In this document: positions 40,348-54,271 of the stretch, piece by piece
How the letters are laid out: each line of letters opens with the position of its first letter
Numbering within the stretch: the first letter of the stretch is position 1
NCBI GenBank assembly: GCA_013265495.1
Contig: MU058418.1
Coordinates: 2,875,491-2,939,490, forward strand
Source of the DNA: Vicugna vicugna
Taxonomy: Eukaryota
Length of the DNA stretch: 64,000 nt
Direction: 5' to 3'
The notes under the pieces: model-generated
Told to the model about the DNA's origin: nothing
Seen by the model: the letters and a program-made list of their open reading frames with translations, nothing else
Databases searched by the model: none
Made by a program: the position numbers and the translations under genes

Positions 40348-43110
40348 AGGTTACCTTTAAATATGACACACAGGAGGGAAGAGTGTAACATTTGCAACTG
40401 CAAGCATTTACTAGGAATTTTCCCCTACTCCCTGAATTTGCATTGTACAGCAATATACACTTTCTATTCCTGCATACCTGTTACGCCTTTTCTACCTTAT
40501 AGGTCTTTACAAGTCACTAAACATCAATGTGAGGGCAGGTTGAGGCTAAGAAATAGCAAACTAATGTTACCTGTGTCTGTTTTGTTCCCTCTCCTAATTC
40601 ACTTTTCACTCTACAGCCAAAGTGGTATTCGAAGAATACAAAACTGATCATCTCTATTACTAGGGACAGAACTGAGGAAGTAAAGCAAGAGATAAGGCAA
40701 AAGCCAAATATTGAGGGGACTAGTAAGCCAGGCAGAAGTGTTACCAGCAAGGTTCTCCAATATCACTAGAAACATGCTGGGTGCAGTGGGTTAGCGGAGA
40801 AGCCAGCTGATCTAAAAGGTACTGCATTGTGACTACCTTCCACGCACATCTCACGGTCAGGCCACTAAATAAGTGAGTTTGAGGATGATGGAGTTTAGGA
40901 TGACTCAGGTTTGGCTTCACTGAATCATCTGTACTTTATGGGTATTTATATTAGTATATTTTTATACTATTTTAACTGTTTGCATCTGCTTCCCCTATTA
41001 GACCATAAGCTCTTTGAGGACAAAGACAATTTTTATCTCTACAGGGACTAGCACAATGCCTGCCATGTAGAAGGAGCTTTTAAAGTGATCTCATCCAGTT
41101 TGGAGATTTTCAAATGTCACCTATACACATTAACTCCCAAATGTTATTTCGAGCCTACACATCATCCCTGAACTCCAGCTACATATGTGTATCTAACTGC
41201 CCCAACATCTCTATTTGAATGTCTAAAGGCCAATACTGAGGTTGTGATCTCTACCTCCCCGCCCTCCACCCCAACTGCTCTTCTCCAATCTCAGTTAGTA
41301 GCAACTCCATCCTTTCAGTTACTCAGGCAAAAAAAACCCCAAAACCTCATCTACTTTAGTTCAGTCCTCAGTACCACTTCCTATCTTCTCTGGCCCTTCT
41401 ATTTAAAATCATAAATAATCACTCCTCTGCACCTTTATTTTTCTGCAATGTACTATCACTGTCAAACATAGCATAGCTCTATATTCCTTATCTGAACTCT
41501 TTAGAATACTAAAGAGTTCAGAAAACCAAAAGCTTGCCACTAACTTTTCATGTAGAAAAAAAAAATATACACTTCAATGTAAAAAAAGGAACTGTCAAGG
41601 GCACATCCTTTCAGGTTACCTGATTCTGATTCTACAGAAGCTATATTACAACTCTGTACACTACAGATAACTGAAAATAATGCAGAATAATTCTTGCCTA
41701 TCTACATGTAACTTCTGTGCTGTCCAGCAGATGTTGGTTGACTTGTCTCTCCTATTGTGGAAGATGCCAGTTTGCCTTTATTTGCATATCATTTTAATAT
41801 TCCTAATCTATAAATATATCTGTCCTAAGGATTCTTCTTTAAAAGGGTTATAACATCTACTTGGTTCTCTCATTTAATAAGTTAAGTAAAATATTTAAAA
41901 TGCATTCATTTTACATCTGCATCACAGTATAATTTTATCTACTTCAAAAATTATCTTTTAATACTAATTTTATAGAACTATCTCATTTGCACTAACATGA
42001 AGCTGCTAGTCTTTATCCTACTGAGTGTGAATACTCATACTTTTATTACTAAAGAAATATTAATATGTTTGAATACTTTATCAGAACTCTTTCTGGGTGT
42101 TAGGTAATATATAATATATATATCATATTATCTTTCTAAAATTTAAAACAAAAATGAATCCAAAACATCTATTCCCAAGGCTTTGTTTCAAGAATTGTGG
42201 ATCCAGGTATTGTTTATTTATTTTATGTTGTTTACTGTCTCTTTCCATTAACATATAAGCTTCATGAAGGCAAAGTCTTTGTTGATTTTATTTCCCCAGT
42301 GCTTAAAATGGTACCTAGAACATAGTAAATACTCAATATATATTTGTAAAAAGAATTAAATCTACTGAACTTACCTGGTTTTCACAAAATCAACGAGTAA
42401 ATTGCTTGGGATATTATAAAATTTTGCTATCCTTTCAAAAGGTGTTTTGAATGCTTTTATTTTTAATAAATTCAATAGACTATCTGAAATAATTATTCCA
42501 GGGACACTAGCTTTCCATGAGCTACATTTACTTTAGGCTTAAAAAGGAATCATTCTCTCAACTAGCATCCACTCTAGCAAAAACATAGTAAGAGTGCCAG
42601 TCTGAAGAGCAGAAGCATAGTTCTTAATAGCTCAGGGTGAGGTATTTAACCTGGTATGGAATCCAAAAAACAAAGGGGTCCAATAGAGTGTTCCTTGAAA
42701 GGATTTGTGAATGCACTAAAGGCTATAAATCCTGAAGAAAATGATACAGAGGAACAGGGGACAAAGGGAAACACACTTGAGGAACTAAAGCAGAGATTAA
42801 TCCAATTAGTGTTTACTGTCAAGGCTAGTAAAAATAAATATGCTACTACGCCCTAAACAAATGCCACACAGAAGTATATTCTCAATTTCTATTTACTGAA
42901 AGAAAACAGTAAATTTCTCTACTACTATTTACTGAAGAAAAAAACAAAAACAGTAAACAACACAAAAGTTCAATAAGAAAACTGATAAGTAAATTAATTG
43001 ATGGTATATCCACAAATCAGTCTCAAATATATATGCTAAGAGTTTTTAAATACGTGAGAAAAGACACGCTATAATGCGATAATATTGTGATGGAATATAA
43101 AAAGGCTGCA

Positions 43111-43230
43111 TGGTGACCATTTTGTAATGTATAGAAAAATCAAATCCCTGTGCTGTGTACCTGGAACTAACATAGTGTTGTAGGTCTACTATACTTCATT
43201 TTTTTTTTTAAATAAAGAAGGGAAAAAAAG
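43111..43230 (+). mobile_element. L1 3'-end fragment (head of a probable transduction)
   Basis: ggtgaccattttgtaatgtatagaaaaatcaaatccctgtgctgtgtacctggaactaacatagtgttgtaggtc is similar to the L1 3' end at 2625-2700. Confidence 0.8.
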
Positions 43231-43318
43231 TGGCTATTTTTTCCACCAATCAGTTACAGAATTTCCCATATCTTTGCCTTCCTCAGATTTAAATTTCATC
43301 TTTTATTTTGGAGGAGGG

Positions 43319-43792
43319 TGAAGGGGATCAGAATATGCCACCCCAAAATATGAATGATTTTGAGCTGAAGACACTTGCGATTCAATGGAGGTAGAAAAAA
43401 AGCCTTCCTGGAGTTTCCCTTATCTGACTAAAAGCAGAAACTCTAAGAAATGAGGACTGCCATAAACCCCCTCTCCCAGGGAAGTTTTATGACCATGAAG
43501 AAGACAGAAAGTCGGCACTGAGATGGACCAGCACAAACAAAGCATGCTAAGATAGCCCTTATCTTCCATTAGTTTCCCCTATGTATTTACCTTCCCACAG
43601 TCTGCAACCCCTGGAAGTCTAAAAACCCTTTCCTTTGTCTTGTCATGTCTCTACAATTTATTGCTCTTTGTTAAAAATGGTATATGAGGTCTCAGGCCTA
43701 CCCATTTTTGGGGGTCTTCATTGCTTTTCTAGGAAGGCCCCTGTGTCACATAAAAATTAACATCAAATAAAATTTGTATGTTTTCTCTTGTT
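43319..43792 (+). mobile_element. ERV1 LTR (MER34-like), 3'-truncated just after its poly(A) signal
   Basis: Starts TGAAGGGGATCAGAATATGCCACCCCAAAATATG, a MER34-like 5' end. AATAAA at 43766-43771 is followed 21 nt later by an A-rich tail instead of U5...CA. Confidence 0.75.
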
Positions 43793-44994
43793 AAAAAATT
43801 AAAAATTAAAATGAAGGGCTGCAAAATGTAAAATGTGTTTATAAAACAGGAAATACTACAAAACATTAATATTGTTATCTCTGGGTGGTGGGATTATCTG
43901 TGATTTTTCTTTCTATTTTTCTATTTTACAAGTTTTCTACAACAAGCATCACTCTTACAATTTACACACACACACTCACCTGCATAAGATAGCCCTTTCT
44001 CTCTAGAAATCTACCTGTTAAGATACAATCATGCTAGCTAAGCTTCTTACACAGTTGATCAAGGATAAAAGAAAGGATATAATCATGGTTGTACTTTCCT
44101 AAATTCTTGGCAATTTCAGATTTCACCAATGGACTTTAATCTCTTGTCACACAAATATTTGTTCAACATGACATGCAACTACAAACATGCTTTAATCACA
44201 TCAATAGAACAATTAGGTATAGCAGGATTTTCCTGTGAAAATCTCACACTAAGCGACATCTCCTGTGCCAGACACTTATAGAAGACTAATGTGACCCTCA
44301 TTAGGGTATTAATGAAGAATGTGCAGTGGGCAAGCCAAGGCTCAATCTGCTCCCCCTTCAAGGGCATATAAGTGACTATAAACGTGTCGACTTCTCACTG
44401 TCCTAGACACGTAACAATCTAAAGCTATAATCTTAAACTTTTTTCTCTAAAGCACTATTTTGGATCCTGACTACATTCGGGGAGCCTACTGCTAGACTAG
44501 CAATTACAGAATCCATCTGTATTTTTATCTACACATCTTTCTTCCTCTTTCATCCCCACTTTCTGTTCTCCAAGTCTCTGATGTCCCAGGGCTTCCAGAT
44601 TTCTTTTTCAGGATACCTAAATGGAAAGGGTCCTCTTATACTTCAATAACTCACTTATCTCACAGTAAACCCAATTTTTCATTCTTATTTGATCTGTTAT
44701 AAGTAACAGTATGATTCATTAGACCATTGATCTTTATTTTTAGAAAGTCTGTTTTAGAAAGCATTCATTGAGTGTATCCTCTTTTTTAAAGTATAACCCT
44801 CCCCTCCCTGAAAAAAAAAAAAGAACATACATGAAGCAGAGTATTTTACGGCAAACAGGAGATATACCTAACTTCAAAATGCCACAGCATTCCTCAACTG
44901 AAATTTAAGAATTTGCATTTTGAAACCTGACATTTCCACACCTGTGACAAGTTTTTGGACAGACTTTACAAGCACATAGATACAATATAACCTT

Positions 44995-45008
44995 CCAGCA
45001 GGTGGCAC
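44995..45008 (+). promoter_or_regulatory. Candidate CTCF site
   Basis: CCAGCAGGTGGCAC fits the core CCASYAGRKGGCRS at every position and lies in non-repeat sequence. Confidence 0.55.
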
Positions 45009-45169
45009 TCATACTCTGAAGAGGGGTCTATAAAACAGTAAATCAGCCCCGGCTCAAGGTGGCCCTAAATTTTTTGCTTTATTTTACTTTAGTGACACAG
45101 TTTAGATACCGGTCATAAGCTTCAAGGAGGTTAATGTTCCCCATTGCCACCCAACAGAAGTAACAGTGA

Positions 45170-45510
45170 GGTAGCAGGTATAATGCAAAAAGAACAGCTT
45201 TTAGAATTCAGAGACCTGAGTCTGAGCCCTGACCATAACTGTATGACATAAAGCAAACTACTTAACCCCTCTGAGACTTACGAAGAATAAAAGTAGCTAC
45301 TGACAAACACACCACAGTTTCTGTAAGGATTTAACGAATGTATGCTGACTATATAACAAAATGCTTTGAAAATAATAAATACTTGACAAATTTTAACTAT
45401 TACTCTTACAACCACCACTACTGGCAAGAATGTTATGAGGACTAAATGAGATAATACATGTGGAATGCCTGGCATGCTAGAATTTCTTGATAAACAATAG
45501 CTGTCATTGT
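45170..45510 (+). mobile_element. MIR plus a second MIR 3' fragment
   Basis: agaattcagagacctgagtctgagccctg..aactacttaacccctctgagact, then tgaggactaaatgagataatacatgt. Confidence 0.7.
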
Positions 45511-48146
45511 TGTACATAAGTAAGAAAGGCTAAGCACTCAGGCAGTAGGAGATACTTGTTAGAGAAAGAGGCTGTGATGGGAAATGCCATCGCATTTCCT
45601 TCCCAAAGTGCCTGAAACACTCCTTTAGTAGATTCTATAATAGTATGGCTATAGGAAAGTAATTTTGCTTTCCATTTTGCAGCAAACAATCTAGTTTCTT
45701 TTTGTCTATGATTTCAAGTACTACATGTACTTGGTCTGAAAGATCTGAAACCAAGTGAGATCTGCAGTAAATAAGATGTTTACACCCCCATGACTATGAT
45801 AGCATATATGTTCTTTTTAACTATAAGTGTTTAATCTTTTATGTAACATATTCCACATGAGAAAATCGGATACACTCCTTATAAATCAATGGCACTCTAA
45901 ATATACAAACTTTAAATATGAAAAATGAAACAGATGCAAATCAAAATAGTTTACAAAGTAAAATCTAAATTACCTGGAATTCTCAGGGGCATTCTGATTC
46001 ATTGAGGGATAATCAGAAAAGCTTTATACTTGCTTCAATGATCTTTGCTGAAAACTTTCCCTACCTTCACAATTATCAAAACTAGATTTATATTTGACTC
46101 TAGGCATATTTTTAGTGTCTTGGGGTTTCAATAAATACAAACTCCTAACAAATGTTTATTTCCTCCTCATTTACCCTTTTCCTCCTTGAAGTAAAATAAG
46201 GAGGAAAAAAAACTAACTTAAAACTCCTTATTTACATCCTTCCTTAAAAAGAAAAAAAGTATTGTCTTATTCTCTTGTCTCTAACCCTCTTTTCTTTCTC
46301 CTCTATCCTGCAGTCTCTCTAGACATCTTACCCATGTGTCTGAGGTTTACCTACAACTTCTATAGAGAATCCCAAATTTCAGTCTCTAGCCCTAATGTTG
46401 CCCCTAAACTTTGACATCAGTTTCCAACTGTGCATTCATACATCCACATGGAAATCTCACTGTACCTCGAAACCCACAGATCCAAAACTGAGCATCATTT
46501 GCCCACCTCTACCTCTTAGTGTGTCCACTGTTCCCACGATTACACCAGTATTTCCCAATCACCAAGGAAGGCTCAAAACCTTAAAACAAATCAGTGTTCA
46601 GTTACTGAACAAGTGCTATATACTGTCTTTTAAATATCACTCATGCATTCTCACCTTGATAACTAAAATAAATCCTTAATTAGTGTTATTGTGTCTGCCT
46701 AGAAAGGTCTTCCCTATCCTCTTTGCTTGATTAACACCCTCTTGCTTTTTAGAAAGGACTAATTTGTCACCGCTTCTAAAAAGCCTTCCCTGAAACTCCT
46801 AGTCAAAGTGGGCGTCTCTCTTCTGTGTTTCCATCCATGCTGTATTTCTCTTAACATATCACTAATTAAATAAAATTATGACATAGTTTAATTATCTATC
46901 TTCCCTAATAGATTGTATGGTACTAGAATGCAGGAACTATGTCTTCCATCTCTGTATTTCCATTGTCTACAAGGCAGACACATGGAAGGTGTTCCACAAA
47001 TGCTGGCTGAATTAATGAGTGATAATCTATCGCCTATCTCTTCTAATACATCCTATGCACTGACATCAAAATACCTTCCTAAAACAAGAAGTCTAATAGT
47101 GTTAACTCTCCCATTCTAAAATCTTAAAAGGGTTCAAGGTTAAAACTTTCAAATAGAACATTCAAAACCATCCACTCCAAAGACTAAAGCTATTTTTCCT
47201 GCAAATAATTTATTTGGGGGGAGGGAGGGCTGAGATTCAAGATTTAACTTCATTGTAAAGATTCTAACCAAAAATGAAGCAGGTAGATAAGATCCAAGTT
47301 AGGGACCAGTGAGTTCTGCCCTGATAAAGGGAACATCATAACTGGCATATGTTGTCGGCTTCACCTTCAGGCTACTCCCTCTACAGTCATCATGAATGGC
47401 CTCCCAGGGTGTCCACTGCACAGAATTCTGCCCATTACCTATTGTCTCCCATAAAGCCTTGCCCTGGGACATGGGGATGAGGCAGAAACATAATGGAAAA
47501 TACCCAGTAGGTAACAATGATTTTAAAAAGTCAAATTCATTAATAGACATTTAAGTGCCCAGAATATTTCAGGCATAGGGAGTCTCAGGGGATTCAGGGC
47601 CTAACAGAGACCAAAGAGGAGACAGAATAAACAAATAATTTTAAAACTATAATAATGATAAGGCTATTAAGAAAAACACAGAACAGGCATACACAGCAGA
47701 TGCAGACATAACCTAGTCTGGAAGGTCAGAGCAAGTCCTCCTAATGAACTATGCTTGTTGGAAAGAGGGAACTGACACGGAGCCTCAGCCGGCAAGAAAG
47801 TGTACCTGCACCTGCATTCTCAGCATGTCATGAATACACCGAATCTAAGAACCCTCCCACTAATCATCTTCTAGGAGCAAGTATCAAATGAAATCCCTAC
47901 TTGATTCTAAACTTGCTACGGCAGAGCACGTCTCTCCTTTCCACTTGTAGCACAGGACCTGGCACAAAGCACGCATGCAACAAGTTGTGTTGACTAAGAA
48001 AAGGAAAGCAACAGTACATGAACTGGTTTTCAAATATGTTGGTTAGGTGACATTTATCCCACATTAAGAGAATACTGTTTTCAAAACTGCCATTATCTTT
48101 TATTAACAAGAAACTTTCAAACAAAATTAAGAATGTTTAAGAATTA

Positions 48147-48335
48147 GGGGGAAGGTATAGCTCAGTGGTAGAGCACATGCTTAGAACACAAGAGGTCCTG
48201 GGTTCAATCCCCAGTACCTCCATTAAGAAATAAATAAGTGAACCTAGTTACCTCTCCCCAAAACAAACCAAAAAAAGTACAAAAAAACCCAATAGTTTAA
48301 AACTTTTTTAAAAAAAAGTTTAAAATTTTTTTAAA
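48147..48335 (+). mobile_element. tRNA-derived SINE (camelid vic-1-like)
   Basis: ggggga-aggtaTAGCTCAGTGGtagagc (A box) ... ggGTTCAATCCcc (B box) and an A-rich tail. TSD aagaatgtttaagaatt (48129-48145) / aagaacattcaagaatt (48336-48352). Confidence 0.9.
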
Positions 48336-51300
48336 AAGAACATTCAAGAATTTGATAAGCATGAAAAATAACTTGAAGTTAGTAATTAATTAATTCAGCA
48401 AAATTAAGTAGTAGTTTTATCCTTGATGCCCATTAATAAACCTTATTTTATCTCAGTGCACTCACAAGCTATCTGGTTTTATATCTAACCCATAATTTTA
48501 TAACTTGCATTTCTAAAACGTACAGTTTACATTTTCTGTAGTAAAAGCTGGCAACCAAGTAGCCCTGGGATTCATCTCCTTTCCCCCTCAACCCGAGACA
48601 CTGCCGGCTGAGGATGTGCAGGGAGAGGAAGGGGCTTTTACTTTCCGAAGAAATCTGTCTAATACATGTTAAATATTCCATTTTTCAGAATGACTGGCAA
48701 TACCAATGGCCACACAACCCACCTCAAATGCTACAAGAAAATGTACGAACATGTACAATGTATAGCTAAGGGTTTTGATTAAGTATTAACGGCTAAATTA
48801 CCAGTACCAATAATTCAATGTATTTCATATCACTGTGCTTCTAGAGAAGATAAATGCAGTGAAGTCAAGTCTCAAATAAATTCATCATTTATAGTTCCTG
48901 AAGACCTCGCAGGAATTTTAACAGTAGTAATAAGGAAAGCTTCTAAGTGATCTGACCAAACTACAATCCAGCAAATGTCTACTGTATTGTTTCCATTAAA
49001 TAGAAAATCTACTTCCTTCCTACTCTGCTAAGAAATCATTATATGCATTATGAGAAAACACAGAGAGGGATGAGTTTCCATAATGAAATAAATTATTCCT
49101 TTTATATTATATATTAAACATCTACTAGATTTAATCAATAAAATTCTATTTCTACTGAGTGTTGATAACTTTAATTTTTGAAAAAGAGCTACATTGTGAC
49201 ATATGTGGCTTTTATGAAAATATGTTAAACAATTAGAAAAAACTAGAAGCCACTATATTATAATAATTAAAACAGTTTACAATACTACAGCTTTCTACAA
49301 TTTTGTGTTTAGCAGAGCACATATGCAAAAAGAACATTAAAGTAAGCTTTCTTTGACTTAGGAGCTTTGAAATTTAGTATCTACTCAAGCTTGACTAGAA
49401 AACACATATAAAATGTCACATCTCACTAGGCTCTCCTCTTTGAAATGTCCTTCTCCAGCATAAGTTCTGGTTATACTCTTCAATAAACTTAAAACAAACA
49501 AATATCCACTATGGGGAAAGCTCCTTTTAAATAAAGTCCACAGGGGAAAGGAGGATCATACATACATGTGGAATAGCGCCCCCATTATAAGTTATATACC
49601 TTAATAGTCTCAGGAATTGATAAGATTGAAGTTAAAAGAAGTTTAGTTAACATTGCTTATAAAGAGATCACCAAAATTACAGACTTTTTAAAAATGCTAG
49701 AGTATCTCAGAATCTCGGAATACTGACAGAAAACCACACAGCTCAGATGCATATACAACAGGTAATTATGAGGACATGTATTTTGAGGTTTTTTTTTCCT
49801 TTGGTGTCAAAGGATGTGTTTGTTCTGACTACACAACCAATCTATTGCCCAACTGCCTGTTTGATAAGGGCAGATAACTACAAAATGACTAGCCAGGATT
49901 AGGAACACAGTCCAGTCACTAAATTAAGTAAAATTAAAGGACTACAGGGGAATAAAATCAAGACTTTGTTTTCACTAACATGGCAACCACACCATCTATT
50001 TTATACAGCCAGAGCATTCACTGAAACCTTGTTTGTTGTTTAATTTCACTAACTTGTCTCATGCATCTTTACTACTTACATTATCTTTTTCTCCCTTTAT
50101 CCACCCTCCATCCTTCACAAACTCTTGCCAGATTTTCACTTCCTTTGCTCCTTTTCGATACATTAAGGGCTTTACTATTAATGATCTCATGCTCTTCAAA
50201 TCCCAATGGCAATTATATGCACCACTCATTTGGAATTTAACAAATGATCTCTTGTATTATTTATATTTTTATACATATGTATCTTAATGTTTATATATAC
50301 AGATATATACTTACATTAACTACTTGGTAAACTGTACGGTCATTCCACATATGAGTGTAGTCAATTATCAGTAAATCCTTTTAGTTATATTTTTAAGTTC
50401 TTGTATAACCCAGATGTAAAAAGTTGTTCAGGACGTAGGTTCCATGACTAAATAAATTTAGGTAATTTACATATGCTCCAGGAATGTGGGATCATAGGTC
50501 AAGGCTAATTCTGGACATCATGAGGCCAGTAAGTTTAGAAGAGAGAAGGAGGGAGAACAGCACCTGACATGGGTAATGGCAAAAAGGACAGAAAGGACGA
50601 CATAGATAAAAAGAGGGCAGGAAAGAATCAGGATTTAGTAATTGATGGGCTAATGGCAAATGATCCAGGATGGTATAAGCAACTGAGTAGACAGTGGTAC
50701 CAATTTGAGAAAAAGCATTACAGCTTTGAAGTGAGGAGAAATGTTGATTTTAGAATCAGACCTAATAAGTTTGAGATGTCCATGGGGCATACTGATGGTG
50801 GTCTTGGGTATGGATCTGGAACTCAGGAGAGACCACTCAGCTGGAGGCAAAAACCTGGGGAGTCATCAGCATAGAGATGAGATTGCCCAGGAAGTGTTTT
50901 TCATGAAAAGATGGAGGGTCAATTAGTAGAGAGCTCTTTTGAGGAAAAAAACAAATTTAAGGGGCTGAAAAAGAGACAGTTAAGAGAAAGATGATCACAT
51001 AAAAATTCAGAATATATGCTTCAGAAGTAGAAGCCTCTTCCTGGGAGAAAAAAATGTATTGTCATAAAAACAAAGAATTTCCTTCCTCTCAGAAAGGAGA
51101 CCAGATCATGATTTCAAGTGTTGAGAGAAATGTCCACTGGATTTGTCAACCTCTATTGGAGGTATTAAGGAAGCGTAAAAAGAACAGCTTTCTCCACAGA
51201 AACCAGAACTTCCATGAGGATAGACACCACACCTGTCTTGTTCATTGTTATCTATTGCAAGGAGAACAAGCCCAGTCGTGTGATGGACACGCAATACTTT

Positions 51301-52409
51301 CTGAACCAAACTGAAGGTGAAAGCAAAGCCAGACTGCAACAAGAGCTAGGCTGCCCTTGATAGTTAATGGTGAGGAGAAACCACTTGGCACTGAATGGAG
51401 AGGCACTAAGGGCTCAGTAAGGTGGTTTTATACTGTTTTGCTTTGTTAAGATAGGAGAGACTTCAACATTTTTTAAATATGGAGAGAGAAGAATCCATAG
51501 GGAAGGAAGGAAAAGTAAACATCTACTATATTTCACATATGACCCTTCTAGAATTATCTGCTAATTCGAACCCAAAAGAATATCTAATTGGTTGAAGATT
51601 TGAAATTAGAGCAGGGAAAAAACAAATCAAGCAACATAGGATTATGATACACAACAGAATGGAATCAAGTACTAAACCACTACATCTTTTCCCAGCTTCT
51701 TCCCTTCCTTTACTTGTAAACTCACAAAGTCTTTAGAGAGTCCCTGTAACAGTGGCAACAAAACCTTGTGAAAGTCACTGCTTGATAAAGATGAGGAGGT
51801 GAGGAGGGGGCATAACTAAGGGAACAAGTAAGGAAGAAGATGCTGAAAGATCCTTCAGGAAAGGTATTCTCAAATCAGGAACTACCAGCATAGTTTCAGT
51901 TGTCAATATAGTAACATAGAAAGATCCACACCATTTACAAAACACAAAACACGAGCTCATGTAAACTTCCATGTTTCAGAACACCTCAGTTCTAAATCTA
52001 TGCAATGTAAATGTGAGCAGTTTTTAAAAGACCTGATCAAACAAAATAATGCTACTACGTCAGCAGTTTCTCTTACCCAAAAAATATTCCTGAAAGTATC
52101 AACCCTGAAACTCCTTTGACAATCCTGATTTTCCAGCTTTCTTGCTGGCTGACCTCTTGCTTGCATCCTGCCTCTGGCCACACCAAGCCACCTCTAGGTG
52201 ACGCAATGTACTAAGCTGCTTCATACCACAGCTGTTTCATTGCCAGAAAGGAATTTACCCCAACCTGCAATTACTCAGACACTCACCTTCAAGATTCAGC
52301 TCAAGCATCCTGTCTTTTTTGCAACCTTTTCTTGATGGTCCCTTTTTATCTTTCCCTGATCACCAGTCACCCTCTCTCAAAATACAACCGGCCACTCTTC
52401 TTTGATGCT

Positions 52410-52822
52410 TGCAGAGCCAAACTAACATGGAGTCATTTATGTCAGGGGTAAAGTGGAGATGGTCAACCCAAGTGTATAAAGGAAACTTAACCTAACCTTA
52501 GAGGAATTTACAGCTCTTCTCAGAAACTAGCAGAGGATACAGCCAATCCCCAAATTCCAAGTCTATTCATGCCATCTCTGGACTTCCTTGTTCTCCTGAC
52601 CCAGCAAACCATCTAAAGAATGAAAGAAGACCACTAGGCAACCAATCAACTGAAAAAAGCCAAATAACATCCACATATATCCCATAAAAATCCCGTAGCC
52701 TGTGAGCAACTTAGAACTCACTGTTCTTATAGTCTTGAGTTTTCCAGCTTACAGGTTGAAGCCTTGCAATAAACCTATCTTTCTGCTTTGTTTATTAAGC
52801 ATGCAGAGTTTGGTTTTTGACA
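52410..52822 (+). mobile_element. Solo ERV LTR (family not assigned)
   Basis: TG...CA termini, CCAAT boxes (agccaat, aaccaatc), TATA-like cataaaaa (~52683) and AATAAA at 52768-52773. It interrupts an L2-like tract. Confidence 0.65.
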
Positions 52823-54271
52823 GACCCCTCTGTGCTCATTTACCTCTATCATACCACTTACAACATCTGATCGTTTAATAGCATCTGACCAGACTGCCCC
52901 CTGCCACTGTTTCAGGCTGGAGCCCTCCTTTTTCACTCACCTTATTCCCCTGAGCCTAGGACAGAACTTGGCATATAATGTGGAGTCTAAGCAAAGTGAA
53001 ATATGAAAGACTGCTGCCCAAAATTTTGGAAATACCATATTCAAGACTATCCACCAAAGTAAACCTAACTAGATATCTATCTATAGGTTTTCAACAATCC
53101 ACATCACCATTAGAGCTACTGAATTTGAACATTACAAATAAGCAATAACAGAACAGAACCATTTCCAACTAGAAACAAACGTACTGTTTTTGCCTCAATT
53201 ATGAATGATGCAAGTTAAAACATAAAACACTGTATACTATGTTGTCTTCCCAGATGTAAACGTGATTAAAACTGTAATTCAACAGCAGGAATGTGTTTCA
53301 GTTATATTGCTGTATCTCCATTGGTCTTAATTTTACAGGTTTTCTATAGCCTCAGAAATAGTTGTTGCAGTTCTAAAGTAGAGTGATGAAATCTATCAGA
53401 AGTCATAAATCCTTCATCAACTTACCATGAGTCATTTTTGGTTAATTGGTATATCTTATGTTAATGACTTAGACACATAAAAGTTTTAAACATTTTTAAA
53501 TTATAAAAGTAATATATGCTCAATAGCAAGACCTGAATCAGAAAACACAGAAAAGCACAAGGATCACCTGTAATCCTACCAAAGACAACTTGTTAATATT
53601 TTGATCTGTATCTTCTAAACTCTCTCCTATACACATATACAAGAATCACCATGACCATGAAAAAGCTGCCATTTATCACAATCTTATCACAGAACAATAC
53701 AGGTACCACGCTAAGCAGTTTGGCCATATTATTTCATTTAATCTTCAAAACAACCCAATGAGATAGTACTGTCTCCAATCTCTCTTTTACAATGGAAGAA
53801 TTAGGGAGGCTTAGAGGTTAAGCAACTTGCACAGTCACTTAGCTAATAAATGGCAGAGTAAGAATTAAGATCTTTTGATGCCTGAGTTCCAGATCCTATC
53901 TATCTATGTATACGTGTGCATACACTCACATAATATTTCCAAGCATGTCCCCAAAATATAGGAACACCTTAAACACAGTTTTGTAATCAGCCTTCTTTTC
54001 ACTTAACACATTGGAAACAACCTTTCTGTCAATATATTTCTGTCTACATCAGCAGTTTTAATGGCTGCGTAAGTATTCCACAGTCTGGTTATGAAATAGA
54101 CTGCTTTAAATAATACAATTTACATTACACCAGCATTGTATTTGCTTTTTAATATTATAAACAATGCTGTGATAAGTAGCTTTGTACATTTGTCTGATTA
54201 ACTCCTTAGGATAAAAATAACCAAAAGAGAAAAGCTCTTTTTTTTTAAGGCTTTTTGTACTTACTCAGTTC

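Noticed and set aside
48147..48222. Possible tRNA gene (A and B boxes)
   Set aside because: The cloverleaf is degenerate, and the A-rich tail, TSD and second copy at 22884-22988 mark it as a SINE.
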